Positions 13,179-21,251 of a stretch of 64,000 nt of DNA are shown here, in pieces. Location: assembly GCA_046052125.1 (NCBI GenBank), contig JBJOMY010000004.1:64001-128000 (forward strand). The letters run 5' to 3'. The DNA comes from Cyanobacteriota bacterium. Its GTDB lineage: Bacteria > Cyanobacteriota > Cyanobacteriia > PCC-6307 > Cyanobiaceae. Each line of letters opens with the position of its first letter. Positions within the stretch are counted from its first letter, which is position 1. The translations under genes and the position numbers were made by a program. Under the pieces are notes generated by a model, which searched no databases, was not told the DNA's origin, and saw only the letters and a list, made by a program, of their open reading frames with translations.

Positions 13179-14501
13179 ATGCTGACCAGCCCAGCCGTGT
13201 TTGCAGAGCGTCGCAGCCGCTTCTTTCAGGCCCTGGGTGGCGCCGCAGCCGTGATCCCCGCGGCGCCGCTGGCGGTGCACCACGCCGACTGTGAGTGGCC
13301 CTTCCGCCAGAACAGCGACTTCTGGTACCTCACCGGCTTTGATGAACCCGATGCCGTGGCGCTGTTTCTGCCGCACCGGCCCGAGGGTGAGCGATTTGTG
13401 CTGTTTGTGCAGCCCAAGGAGCCCAGTGCCGAGGTGTGGAACGGCTTCCGTTGGGGTTGTGAAGGCGCGGTGCAGCAGTTTGGGGCTGATCTGGCCCATC
13501 CCCGCTCGGAGCTGGCGCAGCGATTGCCGGAGTATCTGAGTGGGGCCGAGGGCATCGCCTTCCGGGTGGGCAAACATCCCGCCGTGGAGCCGTTGGTGCT
13601 GCAGGCCTGGGCAGGGCAGTTGGATCGTGCTCCCCGCAGTGGTGCGGCTGCTCTGGGGCTGGTTGCTCCCTGCCCGCTGCTGCATCAGCTGCGTCTGCGC
13701 AAGACGCCCGAGGAGCTGGTGCGCATGCGCGAAGCCGCCCGCATCTCGGCCGAAGCTCATGAGCTGGCCCGTCAGGTGGCCCGGCCCGGTTTGATCGAGC
13801 GCCAGGTGCAGGCGGTGATCGAGCAGCACTTCCTCGAACAGGGTGCGCGCGGGCCTGCTTACAACTCAATCGTGGCCGGCGGTGATAACGCCTGCGTGCT
13901 GCACTACACCGCCAACAACGCCCCCCTGCGGGACGGCGATCTGCTGCTGATCGACGCCGGCTGCTCCCTCGCGGACTACTACAACGGCGACATCACCCGC
14001 ACCTTCCCCATCAACGGTCGCTTCAGCGCTGAGCAGCGGGCCCTCTATGAGCTTGTGCTGGCGTCTCAGGAAGCTGCTGTGGCTGCCGTGGCTCCGGGGC
14101 AGACCGCTGAAGGGGTGCATGCCACGGCTGTGCGTGTGCTCGTTGAGGGTCTGCTGGAGCTTGGTTTGCTTGCCGGCAGCGCCGACGGAATCATCGAGCA
14201 GGGCTCCTATCGCCACCTCTACATGCATCGCACCGGGCATTGGCTCGGCCTTGATGTGCACGATGTGGGCGCTTATCGCCTGGGTGAGCACCACGTGGCC
14301 CTCGAGCCCGGCATGGTGCTCACCGTGGAGCCGGGCCTGTACGTGAGTGATCGCCTGCCCGTGCCGGAGGGGCAGCCAGCCATCGAAGAACGCTGGAAGG
14401 GCATTGGCATCCGCATCGAAGACGACGTGGCCGTGACCGACCACGGCCACGACAACCTCACCGCCGCTGCCTTGAAAGCGCCCGCTGCGATGGAGCGCTG
14501 A
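13179..14501 (+). CDS. pepP: Xaa-Pro aminopeptidase P
   Basis: FRQNSDFWYLTG, LIDAG, DITRTF, HWLGLDVHD, EPGLY, GIRIEDDV. Confidence 0.96.
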   Translation: MLTSPAVFAERRSRFFQALGGAAAVIPAAPLAVHHADCEWPFRQNSDFWYLTGFDEPDAVALFLPHRPEGERFVLFVQPKEPSAEVWNGFRWGCEGAVQQFGADLAHPRSELAQRLPEYLSGAEGIAFRVGKHPAVEPLVLQAWAGQLDRAPRSGAAALGLVAPCPLLHQLRLRKTPEELVRMREAARISAEAHELARQVARPGLIERQVQAVIEQHFLEQGARGPAYNSIVAGGDNACVLHYTANNAPLRDGDLLLIDAGCSLADYYNGDITRTFPINGRFSAEQRALYELVLASQEAAVAAVAPGQTAEGVHATAVRVLVEGLLELGLLAGSADGIIEQGSYRHLYMHRTGHWLGLDVHDVGAYRLGEHHVALEPGMVLTVEPGLYVSDRLPVPEGQPAIEERWKGIGIRIEDDVAVTDHGHDNLTAAALKAPAAMER

Positions 14502-14507
14502 GGTCGC

Positions 14508-15287
14508 TCAGCGCAACAGCAGCTCGAGGCTTTCCAGGACAGCCGTGGTGCTCGGGATCACGGCATCCGCTCCGGCCTCGAGCAGTTGTGCCTCGTAGTG
14601 GCCGCGGCGTTCCTGCGCTTCAGGGGTGTGGAGGTGCGGCGGGGCGACGGCCAGGCTCAGGAAGGGGTGCTCCGGTTGCTCCTGGCGCGCGCGCTGCACC
14701 GTGATCACATCAGCCACCGTGTCCCCCAGATAAGCCACCGGGATCGAAGGCTGTGTTCCAAACGGCGCTTGGAGCAGCTCCGCCGCAAGCCTCAGGAACC
14801 CCGTGGGGTCGGGTTTGTCGGGGGCATCGCCCATGGCGATCAGCGGAGGCTGGTGCAGCCCCAGGCGTTGCTCGAGCACGAAGCGAGCCGATGGTGGTTC
14901 GGCTCCACTCACAAACCCCCAAGCCACGCCGGCGTGGCTGAGTTGATCGAAGAAGCGGGGCTCCACCAGCAGCGGCTCACTGCCGATGAAGCCCCGCCAC
15001 TGGCCGGGGTCGCCGTTGGGATTGCCGCCGAAATAGAAGCCGTTGAACACCTCCACCAGGGCCTCAAAGGCGGGGAGCTGGCCGAGCCCGCCGCGGCGCA
15101 GCAGTTCCAGGGAGGCCTCCCAGTCGTTGTTCCAGCAGCCCTCTGCCTTGAGCGCATCAATGGCGGCCGGCTCGGGCCGCACACCGCTGTAGTGATGCAC
15201 CGTTTCCACGATGGCGCGCCTGTAGCTGCCGCCCACATCCCGGATCACGCCGTCGATGTCGAACAGCAGCAGAGCTCGCGGTATCAG
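14508..15287 (-). CDS. TIGR01548-family HAD hydrolase (probable CTG or ATA start)
   Basis: LLLFDIDGVIRDV motif I lies upstream of the first GTG; WNNDW, KPDP and YLGDTVAD motifs. Confidence 0.88.
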   Translation of the reverse strand: MIPRALLLFDIDGVIRDVGGSYRRAIVETVHHYSGVRPEPAAIDALKAEGCWNNDWEASLELLRRGGLGQLPAFEALVEVFNGFYFGGNPNGDPGQWRGFIGSEPLLVEPRFFDQLSHAGVAWGFVSGAEPPSARFVLEQRLGLHQPPLIAMGDAPDKPDPTGFLRLAAELLQAPFGTQPSIPVAYLGDTVADVITVQRARQEQPEHPFLSLAVAPPHLHTPEAQERRGHYEAQLLEAGADAVIPSTTAVLESLELLLR

Positions 15288-15329
15288 GGGGTGGCGGCAG
15301 CGGCTGGTAGGTTAGTTCTTTGTGATTAA

Positions 15330-15812
<483 letters not shown>

Positions 15813-15840
15813 TCGCGCGAGCAAGGCACATCGTCGCTCT

Positions 15841-15867
15841 GAGCTCCCTCACGGGAGCTTTTTTATT
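15841..15867 (+). terminator. Rho-independent terminator of ycf65
   Basis: GAGCTCCC-TCAC-GGGAGCTT followed by T tract. Confidence 0.85.
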
Positions 15868-15901
15868 GGTCGCATAGGCTTTGTGGCACTGCGCTGCGGC
15901 G

Positions 15902-16876
15902 CTACTGCCGCCCCCGCATCACCTGGCCGAAGCTGCTGCCGGTGATCAGGGCGGGGTTGGTGGCGGTGTCAACGGTGAAGCTGCGGGATTCGCTCTGGCT
16001 GGTGCCGTCGGGGTACACAAAGGTCACCAACCCCTCCAGGGTCACAACGGAACCGTTGCGGCCCGTTTCCTGGAGTTGGTCCACGCTGACCCGTTGAAAC
16101 TGGCGGAAGAAGGCCGGATCGAACTGGTCGGCTGCTTCGCCGCTGAACCGTTGGCGAGCCGCCTGTATGTTGCCCATCGAGAGCTCGTTGTAGAGCTGCT
16201 CCACGCTGCTCACCGCTTGGGCGCCTGCCGTATCGGTGCTCCCGAGTCCGAGCTCCGGGGCTGGTGGGGTCTCTGTTCTGGGGGCCTGTGGCTCGGGTGT
16301 TGCGGTGGTGCCGTTCAGCCCAGGGAAGCCAGTGTTGCTCGGACCGGCCGTGGGTTGATTGGTTTGAAGCAGCAGCCAGGCCAGGCCGCCGCCCACGCCC
16401 ACCACCAACACACCGGCGATGAAGCTGAGCACCGCCACCAAACCGCCGCTGCCGTTTCCTTCCTGCGCCGGTTCTGAGTCGTCGTCCTGGTCTTGAGCGG
16501 GAAGAGGAGCTGCGGGCGGTTCGGGGCTTGCGGCAGCCGTGGGTGGTTGGATCCGGCTTGTTTCGCTGAGCCCGAGCAGGCCTCTCAGCACCGCATCCAT
16601 GCGTTCGCAGATTGGTGCCGCGAACACCTGGTTGAGTTCCTGCTGCAACCGCAATTGCAGCCGTTGATCGGCAGCCAAGGGTGGCTGCTGGGCCGTCGCG
16701 CTGCTGAAGGCTGGTGTCATCACCAGGTATTTGAGGGCTGGCAGCAGGGCCAGCTGGCTGTTGCCGCAGAAGTCGCCCACGAGGGCCTGCAGCCGGCGCC
16801 CATCACTCGCCAGGCCCCGCTCCAGGTCAGCCAGGATCTGCCGGCGCAGGTTGGCTCCGAGGTCGTAATCGTTCAC
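15902..16876 (-). CDS. Single-pass membrane protein: ~100-aa helical N-domain, Pro-rich linker, TM helix, C-terminal possibly NTF2-like domain
   Basis: GTG at 16876 overlaps the PP2C stop (GTGA); TM LVAVLSFIAGVLVVGVGGGLAWLLL; C-terminal helix-helix-beta pattern. Confidence 0.8.
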   Translation of the reverse strand: MNDYDLGANLRRQILADLERGLASDGRRLQALVGDFCGNSQLALLPALKYLVMTPAFSSATAQQPPLAADQRLQLRLQQELNQVFAAPICERMDAVLRGLLGLSETSRIQPPTAAASPEPPAAPLPAQDQDDDSEPAQEGNGSGGLVAVLSFIAGVLVVGVGGGLAWLLLQTNQPTAGPSNTGFPGLNGTTATPEPQAPRTETPPAPELGLGSTDTAGAQAVSSVEQLYNELSMGNIQAARQRFSGEAADQFDPAFFRQFQRVSVDQLQETGRNGSVVTLEGLVTFVYPDGTSQSESRSFTVDTATNPALITGSSFGQVMRGRQ

Positions 16877-18099
16877 GGCTTCACAGGCGCAGCGCCAGGC
16901 GTTGCAGGTGCAGGCATCTTGCCCTTTGTTGGCGGTTGGGGTGAGCGGGCCAGCTGCCATTGCAGGGCCAGTTCCTGGCGCAGCCTTGGGCAGCTCTTTA
17001 GCGAGTCTGATGGGCTGGCGGCAATCAGGGCCCCCAGGGGATCGATGGCCACGCGCTCGCGGAGCAGCGCCGCGGCTTGGGGCTGTTCCAGCAGTTGTCT
17101 GAACTGGGCTCGGCGTTGGCTGAGGCTTGAGCGGATCTGCTCGGGTTGGCCGCAAAGCGCCTGCACCTGAGCCTCCAGAGGTGAGGGGCGGCGCAGCACA
17201 AGCCAGCTTCCCAGGCCCAGCAGGCCGCCGAGCACCAGCAGAACGGCGATGGGGCCGGCGTGTCGCCAGCCCATCCCTGGGCGGGAGGGGCGCTCCTCAG
17301 GGCCGTTCGCCAGGGAGCAGATCGCCAGTGAGACGTCGTCGCCACTGCCGTCTCGGGTGATCTGTGCCAGTCCCCGTTCCAGCTCGGCGCTGTCCTCCAG
17401 ATCCACCACCCCGGCGCAGAGGGCCAGGAAGTCGACATCGGTGGCGCAGGATTTGCGCACCCCATCGGTGCTCAGCACCAGGGCCCGCAGCGTCTGGTTC
17501 GCCTCCAGTAGCTGCAGCTGGGCGCGCGGCTGCCAGCACTGCTGATCCGGCGCTTGGCAGAGGCTGCCAGTGGCCTCACTACCGCTGTGCTCTGTCTCCT
17601 CGCTGAGGAGCCAGGCTTGCCCCTGCCCATCCACGCCGGCGAGATCCCAGTCGCCGATGCCGCTGCAGGCCCACCAGCGCGGCGCCAGTAGGGCCAACCC
17701 CAGGGTGCTGCCGTAGCTGAGAGCGGAAAACGGTTGCACGCTGGCCTCGGGGCGCTGCTGCCAGTCGGCTTCGATCGCTTGCAGCCATTGGGCCTGGATG
17801 CGGGCTGGTAGATCGCTGTTCAGTCGTTGCCGCCAGCGCTCCGCCTGGTTCAGGGGCGTGTCCTTCAGCAGGTCGCTCACCACCTGCTGCGCCACGGCGC
17901 AGGCCAGGGCGCTGCCCCGGTGGCTCAGGTGGTAACGGCTGCCGCCGTGGCCATCGGCCACGGCCATCAGTTGCAGGCTGTCGTTCCCCGAGTGGAGGGT
18001 GATGCCGAGGCTGGCGTCCTGGCAGGGTTTGTTCTGGCGCTGGTGGGCAGCACCGATCACACTGCACACCCGCGCCGGCCGCCAGTTGCCGCTCACCAC
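16873..18099 (-). CDS. PP2C-family Ser/Thr phosphatase (TerY-P type) with C-terminal TM and extracytoplasmic domain
   Basis: SVIGAAHQRQNKPCQDA, AVADGHGG, IGD, STDGV, GSGDDVS; TM IAVLLVLGGLLGLGSWLVL. Confidence 0.92.
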   Translation of the reverse strand: MVSGNWRPARVCSVIGAAHQRQNKPCQDASLGITLHSGNDSLQLMAVADGHGGSRYHLSHRGSALACAVAQQVVSDLLKDTPLNQAERWRQRLNSDLPARIQAQWLQAIEADWQQRPEASVQPFSALSYGSTLGLALLAPRWWACSGIGDWDLAGVDGQGQAWLLSEETEHSGSEATGSLCQAPDQQCWQPRAQLQLLEANQTLRALVLSTDGVRKSCATDVDFLALCAGVVDLEDSAELERGLAQITRDGSGDDVSLAICSLANGPEERPSRPGMGWRHAGPIAVLLVLGGLLGLGSWLVLRRPSPLEAQVQALCGQPEQIRSSLSQRRAQFRQLLEQPQAAALLRERVAIDPLGALIAASPSDSLKSCPRLRQELALQWQLARSPQPPTKGKMPAPATPGAAPVKP

Positions 18100-18836
18100 A
18101 CCAGCGGGCCGACGTCATCGCTCGGATCCAGCAGGGTGGGAGGAAGATCCGGCAGGTGGATGTTGCTGCCGCTTTCTGGGCTGGGTTCTCCCGCCGGTGC
18201 CACGCGGCTGGCCGGCATGGATGCCGCACCCACCACGGCCGTGGAGGCCCACTGGATGTATTGCGCCAGGGTGGTGGCGTTACTGGCCTGCAGCGGCCGC
18301 CGTGGCGATTTGCTGCGCCCGCTTGGTTCCGGGCCGATGAACTGCTGCAGCACCTCCAGATCCGCGTCATGGCCCATGGCGATCGCCAGGCGCACCGCCT
18401 TTTGGGCCCAGGGACGGCGCATCAGGTTCGCCAGGCCCGCTTCGAAGTCGTCGGTGGGTTGGCCATCGGAGATCAGCACCAGCACCGGTGGGAGCGCCCG
18501 CTCTTCCATGGGCGGCGACTGCAGCGCCTCGGCCACGAGGTTCAGCGCATCGCCCATGGCGGTGATGCCTCCGGCCTCGAGGTCGCGCCACTGCAGCTGC
18601 TGCACTGGTGTGGGCTCCGCCAGGTGCCAGGCCGCCTGATCGGCAAAGCGCACGGCCCGCACCAGCACGCGCGCCTCAGGGTTTTCGCGGGCCACCTCAG
18701 CCATGCCCGGCAGCGACTGGCGGATGGCCTGATTCAGCGCCTGCATCTTCCCCTGGGCGGCCATCGAGCCGGAGCAGTCGCAGAGATAGATGAAGTGCAG
18801 CGGCCGGTTGCTGAGCCGAACGTTGGGGAAGGCCAT
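18093..18836 (-). CDS. terY: vWA-domain protein, TerY family
   Basis: MIDAS DCSGSM, GGITAMG, LISDGQPTD; lies between kinase and PP2C. Confidence 0.88.
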   Translation of the reverse strand: MAFPNVRLSNRPLHFIYLCDCSGSMAAQGKMQALNQAIRQSLPGMAEVARENPEARVLVRAVRFADQAAWHLAEPTPVQQLQWRDLEAGGITAMGDALNLVAEALQSPPMEERALPPVLVLISDGQPTDDFEAGLANLMRRPWAQKAVRLAIAMGHDADLEVLQQFIGPEPSGRSKSPRRPLQASNATTLAQYIQWASTAVVGAASMPASRVAPAGEPSPESGSNIHLPDLPPTLLDPSDDVGPLVW

Positions 18837-18839
18837 GGC

Positions 18840-20174
18840 TTAGGGGCGCAGCACCAGGATGGGCCCGGCGCTGCTGTTGAGCTGCTGCAGGGCCGAGAGA
18901 TTACAGGTTTTGCCTGGGGCCAGCTCGATGTGCTGCCCTGTGCGTGTCGATCCGTGCCAGGTGCTGGAGGTGAGGTTCTGCAAGCCCAGCAGGCTCGGAT
19001 CGCTGGGATGAGCCACCAGCCTGGCGAGCGGCGTTGCGATCGCCTCCCCCAGCAGCGGATCGAAGTGGTGGGGGTGCAGTTCGTTGCCGGCCGCCGCCGT
19101 GACCCGCCCGTGGGGCAGCTGCAGCTGCAGCGCTGCCGGTAGCGGAGTGCCGCAGCTCCAGCAGCTCCCTGGGCCCTCGGGGTTGGGAAAGGTTTCCTGG
19201 CCGCAGTGGCCGCACAGTTGCCGTTGATCGAGGCAGTGGCTGATCGCCTGCTTCCACTGGCCGGTGAGGGTGCGCTGCTCCGGGTTGCGCAGGCCGGGCC
19301 CGAAGCTCTGCACAAACAGCCGTTGCAGCGCTTCGGGGTAGATCGGCCAGGTGATCAGCGCTGCACTGTGCTCGATCGGATCGGGCCGGTTGGCGGGGTT
19401 GTGGGGATCGAAGATGAACAGCGCCCCTTCTCCGTAGATCCGGCGGCGGGCTGGTTCATCCAGGCAGCGAATCGCCAGTTCTCGCTGGCCGCGAAACGGA
19501 TCGTGGCGCGTCAGCAGCCGGAAGAGCAGCACCGCCAGGGAGAACAAATCGCTGCCGGTGCTCGGTCTGGCCTGGCCGAGCAGCACCTCCGGAGCCATGA
19601 ATCCAGGGGTGCCGAGCACGCTTCCCTGGCCCTGCCCGTCGATATCCACGTTGTCGTTGTCGCAGATCAGGATGCGGCCGCTGCTGTGCTCGAGGAACAG
19701 GTTGCCTAAGGAAATGTCCTTGTAGCAAAGGCCTTTGAGGTGCAGCTGGTGGAAGGCTTCCGCCAGGTGAAAGCAAGCCCGCAGCACGCTCTGCAGGCTG
19801 ATCTCCAGCTCACCGCCAGCGTGCTGATGGGCACCCACGAAGCCGCCGGGCCGCAGGCCCATCAGGTAGCCGAAGCCCGTTTGAGGGCCCTGAATGAGGC
19901 GCTGGCTGTCGGCGCTGGCTGAAAGCACCGCCAGCGGCCAGAGGAAATCGGCGTTCGGTGCCCCCAGGCGAATGCTCTGCTGCAGCCTTGAGCGCAGCTG
20001 CGGATCCCTGGCGATGCACGCCGGGAAGTACCACTTCAAGGCCAGTCGCTCGCCCGCCAGCTTCACCGCATACACCTGGCCCTGGCTGCCTCCTCCGAGG
20101 CCCTGCTCAATCAGCAGTGGCTGCTCCAGGCCTTCGAACTGCAGGCTTGAGCCTTCCGGGAGCAACCAGTTCAT
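18840..20174 (-). CDS. Ser/Thr protein kinase (TerY-P type) with Zn ribbon and C-terminal beta domain
   Basis: GGGSQGQVY, ALKWY, CYKDISLGN, CDNDN, GTPGFMAPE, SDLFSLAV; CGHC...CWSC. Confidence 0.93.
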   Translation of the reverse strand: MNWLLPEGSSLQFEGLEQPLLIEQGLGGGSQGQVYAVKLAGERLALKWYFPACIARDPQLRSRLQQSIRLGAPNADFLWPLAVLSASADSQRLIQGPQTGFGYLMGLRPGGFVGAHQHAGGELEISLQSVLRACFHLAEAFHQLHLKGLCYKDISLGNLFLEHSSGRILICDNDNVDIDGQGQGSVLGTPGFMAPEVLLGQARPSTGSDLFSLAVLLFRLLTRHDPFRGQRELAIRCLDEPARRRIYGEGALFIFDPHNPANRPDPIEHSAALITWPIYPEALQRLFVQSFGPGLRNPEQRTLTGQWKQAISHCLDQRQLCGHCGQETFPNPEGPGSCWSCGTPLPAALQLQLPHGRVTAAAGNELHPHHFDPLLGEAIATPLARLVAHPSDPSLLGLQNLTSSTWHGSTRTGQHIELAPGKTCNLSALQQLNSSAGPILVLRP

Positions 20175-20890
20175 GCCGGGGCGGTGCTGTCCTGGCCGAT
20201 GGCCTGACGGATGCCATTGCGATGCGCGAGGGCCGTGCGGCGGTTGGCGAAGCCATGGCGGAGGGCACGGCCATCACGCAGCACCAACACCAAGTTGTGC
20301 TCCTTGCGGGAGCCCAGCAGGATCCAGCCAGCCAGGGCTCCCGCCTGTAGCGGCCAGAACAGCAGCGGGAACGGCAGTAGCAAGAGGCCACCCAGGCAGA
20401 GCAGCAGCCACCAACTGAAGATGTGGGGATGCTGAGGCAGGCTTTGCACGGCCGCCGAGCGGATCTCGGCGATGGCCACTTGGCGCTCGCCCACGCTGAT
20501 GCTGCGCGGAGCGCTGGCTGAAGGAGGCGCGCTCGCGCGGGGCGCCTGGCTTGGCTTGGGAGCAGCTGGCTCAGGGCTGGCGCTGCACTCGAACACCAGC
20601 ACCGGACCGTTGCGCCCCAGCCGAATCTCATCGCCATCCTCGAGCCGGCGGCACTGACGGACTTGCTTGCCCTCGAGGAAGGTGCCATCGCTGCTCTGCC
20701 AGTCGCACACCAGCCAGCCCTGGCTGCGCGAGAAGCGCACCACGGCGTGGTGATCGGAGACCCCCTCGAGGCTGGCCAGGCAGAGGCGGTTGGCCGCAGC
20801 GCGCCCGATCGTGAGCGGCTGAGCCGGATCCAGCGGTGCCACCTTGCGGCGATCGCTGGCCAGCAGGAGCCGGGCGCTCGGGCTGCTCAT
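20171..20890 (-). CDS. FHA-domain membrane protein
   Basis: LTIGR...VSDHHA...SSDGTF FHA signature; Pro/Ala linker; hydrophobic hairpin near the C-terminus. Confidence 0.9.
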   Translation of the reverse strand: MSSPSARLLLASDRRKVAPLDPAQPLTIGRAAANRLCLASLEGVSDHHAVVRFSRSQGWLVCDWQSSDGTFLEGKQVRQCRRLEDGDEIRLGRNGPVLVFECSASPEPAAPKPSQAPRASAPPSASAPRSISVGERQVAIAEIRSAAVQSLPQHPHIFSWWLLLCLGGLLLLPFPLLFWPLQAGALAGWILLGSRKEHNLVLVLRDGRALRHGFANRRTALAHRNGIRQAIGQDSTAPA

Positions 20891-21162
20891 GGTTCACCCC
20901 GGCGGCGGCGCCACCACAGGCGCCAGTCGTCGCGGAGGTCGTTCCACCAGCCGCCATCACCCTCGCGGTAGGGCACCACACGGCCAGGAAAGAGCAGCGC
21001 TTTGCTGGCTAGGGCCAATGCAATGAGCACCATCACCAGCAGCACCCAGCCAGGGATGGCCCCCACCCAGGTGGCGGCGAAGAACGCCCGAATTGCATAC
21101 AGCCCGATCGTTAACGCCAGCCACAGCCGGAAGGGTTCCCAGGGGTCCCGCTGGCGCAGCAA
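20887..21162 (-). CDS. Small two-TM membrane protein
   Basis: Two hydrophobic segments, basic W/R-rich tail; stop overlaps the FHA gene ATG (ATGA). Confidence 0.7.
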   Translation of the reverse strand: MLRQRDPWEPFRLWLALTIGLYAIRAFFAATWVGAIPGWVLLVMVLIALALASKALLFPGRVVPYREGDGGWWNDLRDDWRLWWRRRRGEP

Positions 21163-21251
21163 CGATCCGCTTGAAGGCTGGCCGTAGCCTATGGCCGGGC
21201 TGCAACACCCGCCTGGTTACCCCTTCTCAGCTCGAATACCTGAAGGCGCGC

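Noticed and set aside
16877..17155. N-terminal extension of the 15902 ORF given in the ORF track
   Set aside because: Overlaps the PP2C gene; the GTGA-coupled start at 16876 is much more plausible
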